64,000 bases of DNA from Balanoglossus misakiensis (taxonomy: Eukaryota > Animalia > Hemichordata): NCBI GenBank assembly GCA_040954595.2, contig CM082581.2:5882699-5946698 (forward strand), written 5' to 3'. The notes under the pieces are model-generated. The model was not told the DNA's origin. It ran no database searches and worked only from the letters and a program-made list of their open reading frames with translations. Below are positions 39,723 to 53,314 of this stretch, in pieces. A program made the translations under genes and the position numbers. Numbering within the stretch: the stretch's first letter is position 1; each line of letters starts with the position of its first letter.

Positions 39723-41689
39723 CATAAAAGAAACCGGATTTCCTCCGCGAAAGACACTAAATCAATACTTTCACAGAAACCTCTGCAGGTCAATATTTGG
39801 TTGCTAACGTATTTAGCAAAGCCTAATGGACTTAATGCTCAAAAGACTGGCCGGGAGTTTCGGGGAATATAATAAATCATGCTTGATACCGTAGAGTCAT
39901 CAGAAATAATACACACGAAAGAGGTAATATCTTTCTGATGACAGGCTATGTAGTTACAATAACGCCTGCAATAACGCTAAGATATTCGAATGAGAGCTCA
40001 TGCACTCATTTATTTGATAGATTAGGCAAAATGGTGAGTTTGACATACATTTTTAGTCAGTTTCGAAGAACAATGAGATAACTGTATGTATATGCCCTAC
40101 AAGTAAGGGTAATTAATTAGCGGTACGGTGCATGTTTCTGACAGCAAAATTGGGTGAGATAAAAACCAATTTCAAGTTCAGTCAGTTTCAAAGAATAGTA
40201 AGATACGCGTAATTGTATACATGCCCTTCAGGTATGGGGTCCATCCCAAATAATTACTTTGATGTTTGCCACTCAAAAGTCAGAAACAGGTAAAATGAAC
40301 AAACCTCCAAAATCATGATAAATGCGAGAAGGCCAAAATCACCCCCCCCCCCCGAATGCTGCAATGGAACATGCCTGGCAACGGAGTAGGAACTCTAAGT
40401 AACTGTTCTGTTCCATTAACTCTCGATTGTTGCTCAGTTAAAGCACTCTTTTATTCCCAGCGCAACGCACGGCAAACATACTAATGTACATGTAATGGTA
40501 TGGGTTTGACGGATGGCACGCACCTTGCGCAAAAAAGGTCCTCGAATTACGACCTCTGTATCCTTTAATATGTAGATCCGTTACAGTTAGTGGAAAATGA
40601 CTGCCAATTATATAGGACAGACTTTTAGGTGACCTATTAACAGAGAGAGAGAGGAATGAAGTCACCGGGTGTTGACTCGTTTTCAGGGTGATTTTCTCCA
40701 TCAGCGACTCCCCCCTCTTCGACACCTGTCATGAAAGCGTTAGACTAAGCATTAGACCGCAGTTATTCTGGTTGATATGGGCTGGGGAAATGAATGTTAA
40801 ATTCAAGCAGCTAAATAGAGTTATTTCGCCTTGGCGACGGCATAACGTTGCACAGGCAAACAATTATTCCATGGTTTAGTTACCGTAATAGCGACCCTGT
40901 GTTTTTTGCTGGGAAAAACCTGCATCCGAATATACGACGAGTGAGGACACAGAGCTGTGATCTTCAGCGATTCGCACGGTTCGGTTACCACGGTTACCAC
41001 GGTGCCAAACGCCCTGGCAATACATCAGATGGTATAAAAGCGTCCTCTACGAGATGTCGCAGCAATACTCCACCCTGGCATCACTCAGTTGGACTGTTGA
41101 GGGCGCAGCCGTGAATGTGCTGATCACAGTCGCTTGGGAGTTGGGTCGTACATGCCGAGCCTGTTTACAGGAGTTCGCGGCCAATCTGTGGCACAGGGAC
41201 CCGAAGAGCAGCATGCAGTAGTGGTGTGGGAGGAGGTTTTTTTTGAAATCTGGAGACCCAAACAGTGACGTTAATACTGCCACCCAGAAGTCTAAAATTG
41301 GTCTGTGGGAGGCCACACACCTACACTCAACAATGCGTAGACTTCGATAAAATGGCTCACGTGGGAATAGCGTAGGAAGAGCATACAATTGGGGAGTAGT
41401 CGGCCAAAGAAGGCACTGTAACCAATAGTTTTGTGTATCTAACCATTATACAATGTAAAGTATAGGTACATATAATTGAATGCTGTGTTTTTCCGAAAAC
41501 GCAGCAAGCTGTCACACGCAGACTGTATTCTACATACAGTGTTAGTAATTTATGTCTGTGTGACATTTTGTGTAGAGAAACGGTATTTTATGTAATAATG
41601 CACTAAAAAGTGTACTCAAGAATGATGTTAAATGTCATAGAAGGGCACATCAAAACTCATGCAAGAAAAAAACAGAGGGTAGGTAGGCT

Positions 41690-41785
<96 letters not shown>

Positions 41786-41840
41786 TGCATCTGCATCTGC
41801 ATCATCATCTGCACCACCACCACCACCACTTCCACCACCA
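41690..41840. repeat. (CAT)n microsatellite followed by (CATCTG)n and (CAC)n
   Basis: Read directly from the sequence. Confidence 0.97.
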
Positions 41841-42683
41841 TGAAGATTTTGTTTTATAGAGCGGAGCGCAATCCAACCAAAGGCAACCCGGGTCCGGGGA
41901 AACTTTAATTTTCTTTAAAATCATTTGGATGTTTTTTAATGTGAGATTATTCTTTTAGCAATTATGAAGTAAAGTTTGTCTGTGACCCACTGTCGCAAAC
42001 ACTTATAGCGCCGAAAAAGTGATAGCAATTTGGGATATAGTACATGTACGTAAAAATCCACATTACAACATCTCGACATTTTCCAGTTAATACATGTATT
42101 CGGCACCCCAACTCCGTGCCGTGTTATCGTGAACCCCTTCGGCGTAAAGCACAAAGTCACGTTAATGTTTGCTCGATCTGATTCCGTACAAGAAAGACCC
42201 GAGCCTCTGCAGCTAGCTGCGTTGTATCACTTGTAGAGATTCGTCCGATACTTCACACGGGGAATGCATTAAAGTTTTCGGTGAGATTAAAGATACGGCA
42301 TAAGCGTAAGTGATTGAGATACGCAAACAGTGATTGCTAATAGGCCTAATGCCCGGATAATGTTCGGGATGGCGTGCGCACACAGCCCGAATCCGTTGGA
42401 AATTTCCGATGTGATTTCAAAGCGAGCACTTGGGGCTTTTAAATATACCTTTGATATTTAAAAGAACCCAGAGATTGTTGGTGTTATTTTGAAGATGGGG
42501 ACTTTCCCCTCAGATGTACCTATTTCCTTTGATTGCCGCACTGTGCACACACTGCAGGCAACAAAGCAATCAGTGTCTCCGTCGACAGAGAACACATGTG
42601 ACATCCAATTTGGGTTAATGTCTACCAAAACCTCTCACTTACAAAAAAGTTATCATTTTGTCATTTCTTAAGTAAACAAAACA

Positions 42684-42688
42684 CAGAG

Positions 42689-42730
<42 letters not shown>

Positions 42731-42800
42731 AGGGAGAGAGAGGAGAGAGAGGGAGGGACAGACAGTGAGGGAGAGGGTGAGAGAGGGAAAGAGAGAGGAG
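42684..42800. repeat. GA-rich polypurine simple repeat
   Basis: Read directly from the sequence. Confidence 0.9.
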
Positions 42801-45299
42801 GTCTGGAGGTACGGGGACTTTTAGAATGACGGTCTGTATTTTCCTGTTCAATATCACAACGCGCTCAGGGAATTGTATTTCCGAAATTTAAATACATGTA
42901 ACTCCAAATAATAAATTGCATGTCGTATAGTATAATGTATTCTGGAGTGCGATTTTTTTTCAGAAAAAGTTAACGTTTTAGCTCTTGGTGTAATTGTGGT
43001 GTGATTGTATGCAGCCAATCATGGGTTCACTGTGTTCACAACTTGCACGTAAGGTCACTTCATGTCACGTCCAGTGCATCAACAAGTTAAGTACCATCAT
43101 CATTAACCGATACAGGCATACGTGACATCCTTTGACTGCAGCTTATTTCATTACAAATGACGTAGAAAAGGGCTTTCATTTCATCAGCGTAATAGGCGAC
43201 CCTAAGTACAAAGAATCTCTTTTTTTCGAGTAGTGATTACTGTCTCAATGTAATACTATCTCGTATTGAGAGCCTGTCTGGCAATGTTATCTGTCAAACA
43301 CACAAAGTACCAGTATGTTCGCGCGTATGAGTAGTATAAGTTCAAGTTGGCAAACATTCCATAATAAATTATGACATTGACGTACCTTACTCTATCAAAC
43401 AAGAAAAAACGACATGTCGCGAGTGCATGGCGCGATTTTGAAATTGGCGGTACACAATCGATAGAGAGTAAGCTTAGGGGCTCGTTGAACCGATTCATAA
43501 TGAATGACTCCCGAACGATAACGAAACCCAAGCTCAGGCTGAATGTTTTAAGTAGGAGTATGGCGGGGTGACCCTTTGTGACAAAAATATATAAAAAAAA
43601 ACCCTGCAGATATGAAGAATAAACTGCGGGTCCCGACTGTTGTAATACATGCATCAACCACGTATGAAGACTCCTGTCGTAGGTGTTTTGGTATATGTTG
43701 TATTTTAAATTAACATTTCAGACGAATCCGATATTTACGTCACGGTGTCAAAGGTTGAAATGACTACTTTTATACTCATTTCGAAATAAATCTATAGGGC
43801 GTATAATACAAGACCTTCCGTTGTTAATGTCAGCCCGCGAGCAGTTACAGATATACAAGGAAAATCAAAAATGATATTTTTATCGAGTTTTATTGTCATG
43901 TCAATGCCGTATTATCGAGCGAATGGGTCCTTATCAGCTATGATTGCACAAGAAAACACTAATCCCCGTCTAGCAAATTCGCCATCCAGAAATGTCTCAA
44001 AGGCATGCATGTATATGAGTATTCCACAATTTAGATATTATATTGACCCCGCATTAGATGACACTTTAATATTTAGGTCGAGTGTTCGTCAGCTCGGATA
44101 GCAAAAACACAGTAATGTTTAAAACTAAAGTTAATGGGATACATTCTCGTTGATTAAACTCTTTGAATTTTTCTGAAGAGATTTATTTTTCTGCTGGGGT
44201 TTGACTTACACGGAATGCGCGTAGTCGCGTATAAAAAAGATGCTAGCTTATGGCATAATGTTTCATCAAAACTTATTCAGTCAGTCAGTCGCATATTGTC
44301 AACGCTCCCAGTTTTAAATTTGTTTATAACATGGATTTGAGTTAAAGATATTAAGTCGTTAAAATATATGTACCATTCTATACTTTTCCAAAATACCTTT
44401 TCAAAAATCACAACTGTTCAGCATTAGCGAACTTTGATATTTCTACATGAGTACGTACGTACGCACATGTACATGTACGTACTAACAGACGCCTACGCAT
44501 GTACATACATGCGTGCGTGCATTCGTTTGTTAACTATATGCCTACACAGCAGCGTTTCTCGTTTAGCGGTTTCTTCACCATGAAAGAGTAGCAGTTTTAA
44601 TGTGTCTGAGACTGCAGGTAAATCAAAACTATACTAAGGTATGCTATTAGACACCATTATTGATTGATGCGTTGATTAGCAAAAAGGGTGATGGCGAGTG
44701 AGCCTAATTACCGATGACGCAATGATTGTATTTTCCGATTAGGCCAACGTACATTTTCGATGAGCAGAAAGTGCTTTTTTTTCCTCCCTTGCCATCAAGG
44801 GTCCGATTTTGTCCGACAATCGTTTTGCATACACTATAAGTACTCATCCTTTACCGATAAGCCATATCCCGATATCAATGCTACGGAAAAGAAAATTCAA
44901 GAAGAAAGACTGCGCAAGCGTGGGCGTCCCATATTCATTGGATATAAAAGTTGCCGGAGTACCAGATTACGTAGTTTGGGCTATCTTTCTAATACCGAAA
45001 TCTACTGAACACGTGTGCTAAATTTGTCAAAAGCAAGAAGGCGCGTCTTGTCCGTACCGTTTATTCACGCGACAAGTCTAAAACCCACTGGATTCGTGTC
45101 TGTGTGTCGTGTCGTCAAATGCGCAGCCCGCTCCGCAGAACGAATTCAACCTTTATAATACATTCATTTTCGACGAAGCATTATGAATACTCGCATGTGC
45201 CCCTTACATCACGCCTACCCAGCGTTCTTCATATAGGACTCTGCCGCGACTGAAGTAAGTAACTAAAGCCTAGCGCTGCTCGTTCGAAGGCATTTAGAT

Positions 45300-46451
45300 A
45301 TGTACTACTACATGTACCTGGAAAGCAATGATTCAAATCGATCGGGTCTTTCGAATTGCGGCGGGGACTGCGAATCGCCGGCGCATCCGATACTTGCTGG
45401 AATAGTTCTGGGCTTCATCATATTATTCACACTAGTGGGCAATATCCTCGTCATCATTGCGGTGGTCGGCTTCCGGCGGCTGCAGACCGTGACCAACTTC
45501 TTGCTGTCAAGTTTGGCAATAGCCGACCTGACCGTGGCAACCCTGGTGATGCCCTTCGCGTTGGTCTACGAGGTTCAAGGCCGGTGGTCGTTCGGCTGGG
45601 TGTTCTGTCATTTCTGGGTGTCGTGCGACGTCATGTGCTGCACGGCGTCCATCCTCAACCTGTGCATCATTTCCGTGGACAAGTACTGGGCCGTCACCAG
45701 GCCGCTGGTGTACAACGCGAAGTCCAAGAAGAGGGTTGTGGTGATGGTGGCTTTTGTTTGGGTGTGCTCTGCCATGATTTCGTTCATACCCATATTCATG
45801 GGCTGGTACGCCGACGGGGGCCACCCCAACCTCAGCGATCCGTATTTCTGCGGACTCCAGGTGAACCGCACCTACGCGGTCATTTCGTCCATGACGTCGT
45901 TCTACGTCCCGCTGTCGGTCATGGTGTTCATGTACCATCGAATCTACACCATCGCCAGGTCGCAGGCGGCGAGGATACGGGCGGAGCTCAGCCACATCCA
46001 CTGTCTGGGCGTCTCCCAGCGCCAGTCGATGCGTCGCCAGGTGCGCTTCATATCCCGGGAACACAAGGCCGTGCGGACGCTGGGAATCATCATGGGCTTC
46101 TTCATCATGTGCTGGCTGCCCTTCTTCTTGATGTACCTCGTCATGCCCTTCTGCCGGAGCTGCCACCTGGACGCGACCCTGCAAGCGGCGCTGACGTGGC
46201 TCGGCTACGCCAACAGTTTCCTCAACCCGCTCATCTACGCGTTTTTCCACCGCGACTTCAGGCACACCTTCAAGCGCATACTGTGTCCGCATCTCGCCAA
46301 ATCGCAAAGCAACACGGTGCTACACGACGACGCCAAGCTGATGACACGCGTTCGGAACGGTTCGTTCACAAACGGCAACGGCGTCGAACGGTCATCACCG
46401 AACGAAAGAGCTATCACCGATGAAACCATTGTGAACGACGAACACACCTAG
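45300..46451 (+). CDS. Intronless class A biogenic-amine GPCR, most like beta-adrenergic-like octopamine / D1-type receptors, 383 aa
   Basis: Seven hydrophobic segments. Motifs: GN (TM1), SLAIAD..V...VMP (TM2), amine-binding Asp in CDVMCCTAS (TM3), SFIPIFMGWY, TM5 serines SSMTSFYVP, EHKAVRTLGIIMG, CWLPFFLMY, WLGYANS.LNPLIY. N-glycosylation sequons NDS and NRS, and a helix-8 cysteine. Confidence 0.93.
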   Translation: MYYYMYLESNDSNRSGLSNCGGDCESPAHPILAGIVLGFIILFTLVGNILVIIAVVGFRRLQTVTNFLLSSLAIADLTVATLVMPFALVYEVQGRWSFGWVFCHFWVSCDVMCCTASILNLCIISVDKYWAVTRPLVYNAKSKKRVVVMVAFVWVCSAMISFIPIFMGWYADGGHPNLSDPYFCGLQVNRTYAVISSMTSFYVPLSVMVFMYHRIYTIARSQAARIRAELSHIHCLGVSQRQSMRRQVRFISREHKAVRTLGIIMGFFIMCWLPFFLMYLVMPFCRSCHLDATLQAALTWLGYANSFLNPLIYAFFHRDFRHTFKRILCPHLAKSQSNTVLHDDAKLMTRVRNGSFTNGNGVERSSPNERAITDETIVNDEHT

Positions 46452-48479
46452 GCCGAGTTTGTTTTCAACTAGCGTCTTCTACAAGCAGATCTAATGGTAT
46501 TAATCTCATACAAGTACAATCCACAACGCTCACAGCTATTACAATTATCCTTCAGCATGATGGGATTGGTGTTGTTCTTATCAACCGAGATTGCAGAAAG
46601 AGACATAGTGCCTAAAAGATGCAACTCAAAACACCGCGGTGTGCTGCAGTATTAAATTCTGAAATCTTTTCTATATACAACGCTGCAACTGACTTCATAC
46701 AGTTATATGCATGACTTCAAACCCAGTGATCACTCTCGGTATATGAAATGTTATAATGGATTTTCACTTTCCCTTGTAGGCCCACCGCTATTCTTTTTGT
46801 ATTCAGCGGTACCATGTTCGCAGCCCTTTGAGATACTAAAGATATCTCTAATATTGTGAGCTACCAAGAGGGAATATTTGCCGCCTCTGGCACCAAATAC
46901 GCTCACAAATTCAATTTACTAACTTTACCCGATGTTTCACCGAAAGCACGAATACCTCGACGGCTGTCAATTCATGTAGACGCCGTTCCTTTGGCTGTGA
47001 CCCTTGACCGATCTTCTCAGACACGGACGTAAAGAACATGCGTAGATATCACAATTCTCTCATTTCTTTCACAACTATTTTGCGTCTTAAACACTGTTCT
47101 TTATGTACGTGGCATGAACTTGTCATTATTTGTTTATGAAATCTGACCTGGTAGTGGGCTCACATTTTCGAAGACGTCCGTTCACATTACGCACGATTCA
47201 AAGACGAAAACATTGAACACATTCACTTGTCATTCTGAATCATCTGGACATGCAGTTCAAAGGCATTGCTGTAGTGGTTGCCATGGAAATCACATGCTTT
47301 CTGGTAGCCAGTGGCTATCACCATCGCCATGGCAACCTTTGTTCATCCCTTGCTATACATGTACATAACTAATTTTATCAGTATATATCCTTATACATGT
47401 ACGTCAGTATAATCCTTGTAAGACCATAATCATGATCTGACACCATCATAATCAATTGATAGAATGAAATAATCCAGGGCAACAGTTATACAAAGGGACA
47501 ACCCAGAAATTCTGCAAGTGCATTCATATCAACTCTGGTGAAAACGGATTTATACAACTGCATTAGGAGGTGGTCATTCCAACCATTATAAAATCTTGGA
47601 AAATTGGCAGCCATCGTGATTAATAATGATGGCAACGCCATGTGAGGGTAACCACAGCAACAGTTATCGACAACTTTGTCTCAATTGTACCTATCCAGCT
47701 ATCCATTTATAAATATCAATAAACGTTGTCATGACTAGCTCTATTTGTGGAGTTACAACGAATTTGTTCAAAGATCCACCATGGTCGTTGTCATAGGTAC
47801 AAGTAATTTCCACAATCTGGCGAGGTAGCTCAGTACGCTAAGACAGTCGCTATTTATACGAGAAAACGAAGACGATGATATTCTGTTACTGACAGTAGGC
47901 TACCTTACATGTATAAAACTCGCATAGGATTATATTAAGTCTGCCGACATAACAACAATGTTTTAAATGCATAATTCATGGCACGTTTATTGATGCATAC
48001 ATAACTACCCAACATGTGGCTTACGTGTAGTTTAAGGCAATAAACATAAATATCATTTTCAACTATAATGTTTTTTCAATGATACATTTTTTCCCGTATG
48101 GCAATACCGTTTATACGTGCCGTATACTAATTTGTGTGACTATTACTCAAGTGTTGCTAAGGTTAAAACCGTCTTCCCAACGTGTGCTATTAGTATGCAG
48201 TTTATAGATCTGCGCGAATAAAACGTGGACATTGGCGGCCAACGTTGTGAGGGATCTGCAGCGAGACTATATGTGGGATAACTGTCAGCGCCATAATAGG
48301 CTTTTAAAAATGCTATGCGCTCGTCTCCTGTCTGTCATGATAGACGGATCTGCATGATAGCTTTTTCATCAGACATTATAATCCGTTAAATCTTTCAATT
48401 TATTTTCCATTAGCAACATTGCATGGAGTCGTTTTGAATGACGGGAAAATTGGATGCTTACAATTCATATTTCCTGTAG

Positions 48480-48648
48480 ATGTGTCAGGTTTTAGCGGCC
48501 ATTTTGAATTTCTAATTTGACACCTTTTTGCTGGATGACCCTTGCTTTTCATTTTTAATGAGTATAGAATTGTAAGAGAATGGTTAAAAGTTTCCTTTAG
48601 ATGAGAGCAAGAGTTTTACTTTGATGCTTGATGTGCAATTTACTTTAA
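48480..48648. mobile_element. Decayed fragment of the same interspersed repeat family
   Basis: Contains the 26-nt core shared with 2903-2928 (one mismatch) and ends in a degenerate ...TACTTTAA terminus. Confidence 0.45.
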
Positions 48649-51182
48649 TATCGCCTTGCTACCTATAAGTCAACTAAAGCACGTGCACGTAAAGAAATGC
48701 TACCCAAGACTAGTTCCCTTACACACTCTACCATTGATATCGTGCTGTGTTTATGATGATATTACAACTACCTTTGGTTGTTTGAACTAATCTCGGCATA
48801 TAATATTCAATTACTTTACGTTGATCATTTTTCTGGAGTACAAAAATGCATGTGTAAGACGAAATGCACTTTGCCTCGTCGGTGCTACAGTGTTCCAGGT
48901 CATCGAAAGTGCAGTACTATACACCGGGTGACATTTAATACAGCTCAGCGACAGCTTGAAAGAAAAGCCGGTGTATTTTATTCCGCATTGCCGAGATAAG
49001 ACGACACCCACTTCATTCCCGTGGTTTGGTTCCCGCGGCGTTCCATTGTACTTTCCGGAACCGGAAACACACTACGCACATATTACTTCATCCTGTGTGG
49101 TGACGCACCTGTCGGCTCTTGCTTAGGCCTGTTTGAGTACTGGTATACATTGTGCATCTTCGATTATAGCAAACAAAGTCTGTCTCCGAGACATGTGTGT
49201 CTCGGTTGCTATGATCTCTATATCCGGACATATGCACCGACAGTGTACAGATACTGACCTGACATTAAGAAGAAATACACCCATTTCGTACTGATTGCAC
49301 ACTGGGCGCATCAGAATCACGCAGGGATTTCACAAAACGCTGTCATATCCACATACTGTATGCAACTCGGCGACAAGCCACGCAAAAACTACAATAAAAC
49401 CATCTACTAATATCTATACACTGTGACGGTGATGTTTATGCCGGGCGGGGCGGGGAGGGGAGGGGGTGCTCCCTGAAAACATAATGTACATTTCATAATG
49501 AGTTCAATCTGAAGGGCTTCTGTGTATGCCTGTGGGAGTCGGTCGGAGAACACATATTTTATTTAGGAATCCGCAGAACTTTACTTCTGTGAAACGTTGT
49601 ACGGTTTCACTGGCATTAAAACACCGGGCCTTTGTTGAGGTGCTTTATACTGCATTTCATTTACAGTGTAAATCGCCTAGGAGATTTGGCTTAGTTTTAA
49701 AACAAGCTAGGTCGAAATCCGTCACAATTTTGTGACTTTGGCTATGTTGGAGGTAATATGTAGACTGGCTTGCCCAGGGTTATCACTTGGGGGCATTGGT
49801 CAGAGCCCCTTGCAAGAAATTGGCTCTGTTTCAAAGTGACGTACGATTTAGGTACTACGCACATATATCACCAACTGTGATTGGTGCATTCCTAAATTTT
49901 CAAAAGTAGAAAATACGACTTTTATCAGCTTTCCAGAGAGCATAAAATCATGACAGCAGGCCAAGTAAAATATGTTACTGGCTTTGAATGAATAGGGAAA
50001 CAAGTTTATTCAAGAATGTGGGGGATATTATGGATGGGGGAGGGCTGATGGGGCGTTTACCCTCTCGCACCGGAAATCGTTGGCGGGTGTGATCATATCG
50101 TGACTATACCTTAAATTTCCCGACCGGTTATAAATTATGTTCTGTGCAGATCTACTCTCTGAATTATTCTTCCGGGTGCAGAAAAAGCCCAATATTACAT
50201 GTACAATATTCATAAATGAGTGTAAACTCTAAAAATTTGAATTATATTAAATGAGTGTTCCAACTGACATGTTTTGATAACATTAACAACGCAATGTAAC
50301 CGATATACAGTCTAAGTACATGTATTATACAAAAATATCACGCATTGCACTTCCTATTTCAGTGCGTCTTATTATTCCGAGCCATATAACCTTGCCCACA
50401 ATTCCCTTCGTTACGCGAGCTCGATTAGTTTGTCAGGAAATGTCTATCTCGCACGACGTGTCACAGTAGAAGCGCTTCTACTGTCTCAGACAGGCTTCAT
50501 TTGGTCGCGTCGTTCAAATTGGTCCTCTTAGAAATTGAAATCAAACTGCTAAAGAGAGCTCACTACAATCCCCGCTGACTGTCTCATCTCAAAAGTCAAT
50601 GAATACATCACACTTTATCCTGAAGCAGTTTCACAAGGCTCCCTCTAGCTACTACCCACAGAATTCTGTTCAAAACGTCTGCTTCTTACTGGCGCATCTC
50701 CGCAAGGCCCTACTCCTGAATACCATGCTGGTTTATTGTACAGTATCATACAACGCAACGAGACCTTTTCGATGTGCTGTACACAGCTGACCTTATGCCT
50801 CCGCCTTGTTTCCCAATAAACCGTTACGTGGCACAGACTTAAGAGACACATTGTATGCATCTGCAGAAATGCCTTTGGGTTGATGCGCTGGTGTTCAATA
50901 TTGACGTTTGAGGTAAAAGTCCATGCAACATTTTGAATAATTCCCCATTCCCGGAGTCAGGCGCAGCTGCTGTATTCTGTGGAGGGAATCAACTACCCAC
51001 GCTGATTTTTTTTTCAAACCTATGGGAGTTAACATATACTTTTTCTCAAATCGGAGATAGTACTTATACATGGCGATAAATTGTCAAGCCCAAGCTGATA
51101 TCACACATCGCATCGCATTAAATCACTAGCAACACAACACAACATGCGCATGTGAGCCTACATTGCAAGTCTTATGTGCATT

Positions 51183-51274
<92 letters not shown>
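51183..51274. repeat. (ATC)n microsatellite
   Basis: Read directly from the sequence. Confidence 0.97.
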
Positions 51275-52551
51275 GTATATTTTCAAAACTAAATATAAAC
51301 ATGAAATTCAAAATTTGAATTTTTTGTGTCTTACTAGTAGGCATATCGTCACCTTGGTCTAATTCACGATGTCATTACAGTCTTCTTTTGACCTCTGGAA
51401 TAGTACTAGGTATTTAAGCTTATTTCTTATCATGGTGGAAGTAAACGTTGCGTGTGAAAAAAAAAACATGGACAAATCACGCACCATTTCGCACACTGTA
51501 GACCTTGGCCACTGATCAATGAAATTTGCACGGATGAGATGATTGAACACTGACATAATGAAATGAAAGCCATTTTGTCATGGTCCTTGACAGACAATAA
51601 TAAGGTCGGGTTATCTCGATGGAATTTGCTGATGTTATTTTTTTAACAGAGCTTGTTTAGGCCTACGGTTGAGTAGCCTACACGATCGAGAGATAATTGA
51701 TATTACTTACAGTAACCTACACGGAAAACAAAATATATCATTCTATGCATGTGCTCTTCAGTTCAGCTGCGGCATGCTATAATTCAGGCAACTATCATAT
51801 AACTGTTTGAAGAATAATATTCAGAGTTTTTCGGAGGGGCCCTCCAAGTGATATTGCTTGGCTCCATGCTCAAATGATTTTTTTAAACTTCTAGAACAAA
51901 GCTTGCGTGTCTCATTCGAGTCAATACTAGGCCTTATAGGAAACAGTTGAAAGGTGTGGAATTGGTATACACCGGTTGCCAAGGAGAATTGTCAAAATCA
52001 ATGAAAATATGCAAATTTCTCGTTGCTGATTTTCTTTGAAAGATACAATGATCATGTATCATGTAGGCCTATATAGAGAGTTTCTTGCGTGCCGTTGGCC
52101 AGTTACGTCAAATATATAATTTCATCACAATTTCATGCTTTGCCATTTTACCGTGTGCAGGCCTAGCGGTAGAATTAGGTCTAGAAAGAATCTGAGAAAA
52201 CGGAACGCTCCTGGGGTCAACAAATTTCAGAGAGTCAGGAGAGTTGCAGCTCATGGGCCCACGGGTCGATCGATCCCATATCACAAAAGTTTCTTTCAAA
52301 ATATATTTAAGTCCGACAAGTTAGAGCCCTTTTGGTGCTGTGACTTTTCAGAATGGAATATGCTTACCTTTTGAAAAAGAATACCATCCCCCCCAAAATG
52401 CCATTCCATGAGAAAATCTCGTTTATATAGGCCTAAATTTATAAGCAAGAGCTAGCTGTCTGATGTACATCTCAAGAAATTCACTGGGGAGAACCTCGAT
52501 CCATCACATCCCTCTCCTGATATTACATCGACTGCCCGGAAAATGTTTTAA

Positions 52552-53056
52552 AGGCACGTAAGCTGTAACTTTTGGGATAATTTTCATATTTTTTGTTTCA
52601 CACTGCACTACCATTAGTCCATGCAGATGAAGGCAGTGAACTATACACAAGCGTTATAAACCGTAAATATGAGTGCAATATGCAAGTTTTAAGCAGATAA
52701 ATAATAAAGCTTTGCCGCAAGCGATTATGGCCGCCACCGTGGGAAAATGCAAGAAACAATGAAAATGTTGCATTTCCGGTTGTGAAACTTCATAAACAAA
52801 ACATGATCTCATCCACTTGAGCTCATGGAAGTAAATGTACACCACTGAGACATCAGATTTTCAATTTTCATTGCAATATTGCACTTTTTAAAAAATTTCA
52901 GGAATTTTCGTTTTTCTTTAATTTTTGGCCATTTTGTCATAAATAAGTGTTGAGCTTGATATATTATCATGAAATAGCATTTAATAGATATAATTAAAAG
53001 CATATATGAGATTATTTAAAACATTGATTTTTTATCCAGTTGCAGCTTACGTGCCT
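52552..53056. mobile_element. Non-autonomous DNA transposon (MITE) with TTAA target duplication, Kolobok-like termini
   Basis: TTAA|AGGCACGTAAGCTGTAACT ... AGTTGCAGCTTACGTGCCT|TTAA. 19-bp TIR with one mismatch and no ORF. Confidence 0.85.
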
Positions 53057-53184
53057 TTAACTATAACTTTTGTACCAACACACACTTAAATGTCATTTGA
53101 AAGAATAAAGTTTTAGCGCCCCCTCCAGGGCCCTCCTGTCCTCGGTAAAGTCCTCAGCGTGCCCTGCAGCGCCTTAGTTCATAT

Positions 53185-53314
53185 ACAACTTCCGGTTTGT
53201 GGGACGCATCAGTTTCACAGTTGCCTGCGTTAGTGTTTTGTTTTTGTTTTCGATACAGCTCCCAATTTGTGAATCGTGACATCATCTTATACTCAACCGA
53301 TAGCCGCATCTACG
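53185..53314 (+). promoter_or_regulatory. Probable promoter and non-coding first exon of an unidentified plus-strand gene
   Basis: CpG-rich patch, ETS-type ACTTCCGG near 53187-53194, consensus donor CG|GTAAGT after 53314, and a CTCF-like motif at 53116-53129. Sequence downstream becomes CpG-poorer, as expected for a gene body. Confidence 0.45.

Noticed and set aside
45356-46423. 355-aa alternative-frame ORF and 266-aa antisense ORF over the GPCR
   Set aside because: Expected shadows of a coding sequence with high third-position GC. Low-complexity Arg/His/Gly-rich translations with no recognisable domain.
47818-47900. tRNA or SINE-like A box GGTAGCTCAGT
   Set aside because: No B box and no cloverleaf.
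49085-50705. CGDAPV appears in two short ORFs on opposite strands (49021-49257 and 50645-50860)
   Set aside because: No flanking similarity at the DNA or protein level. Treated as coincidence.
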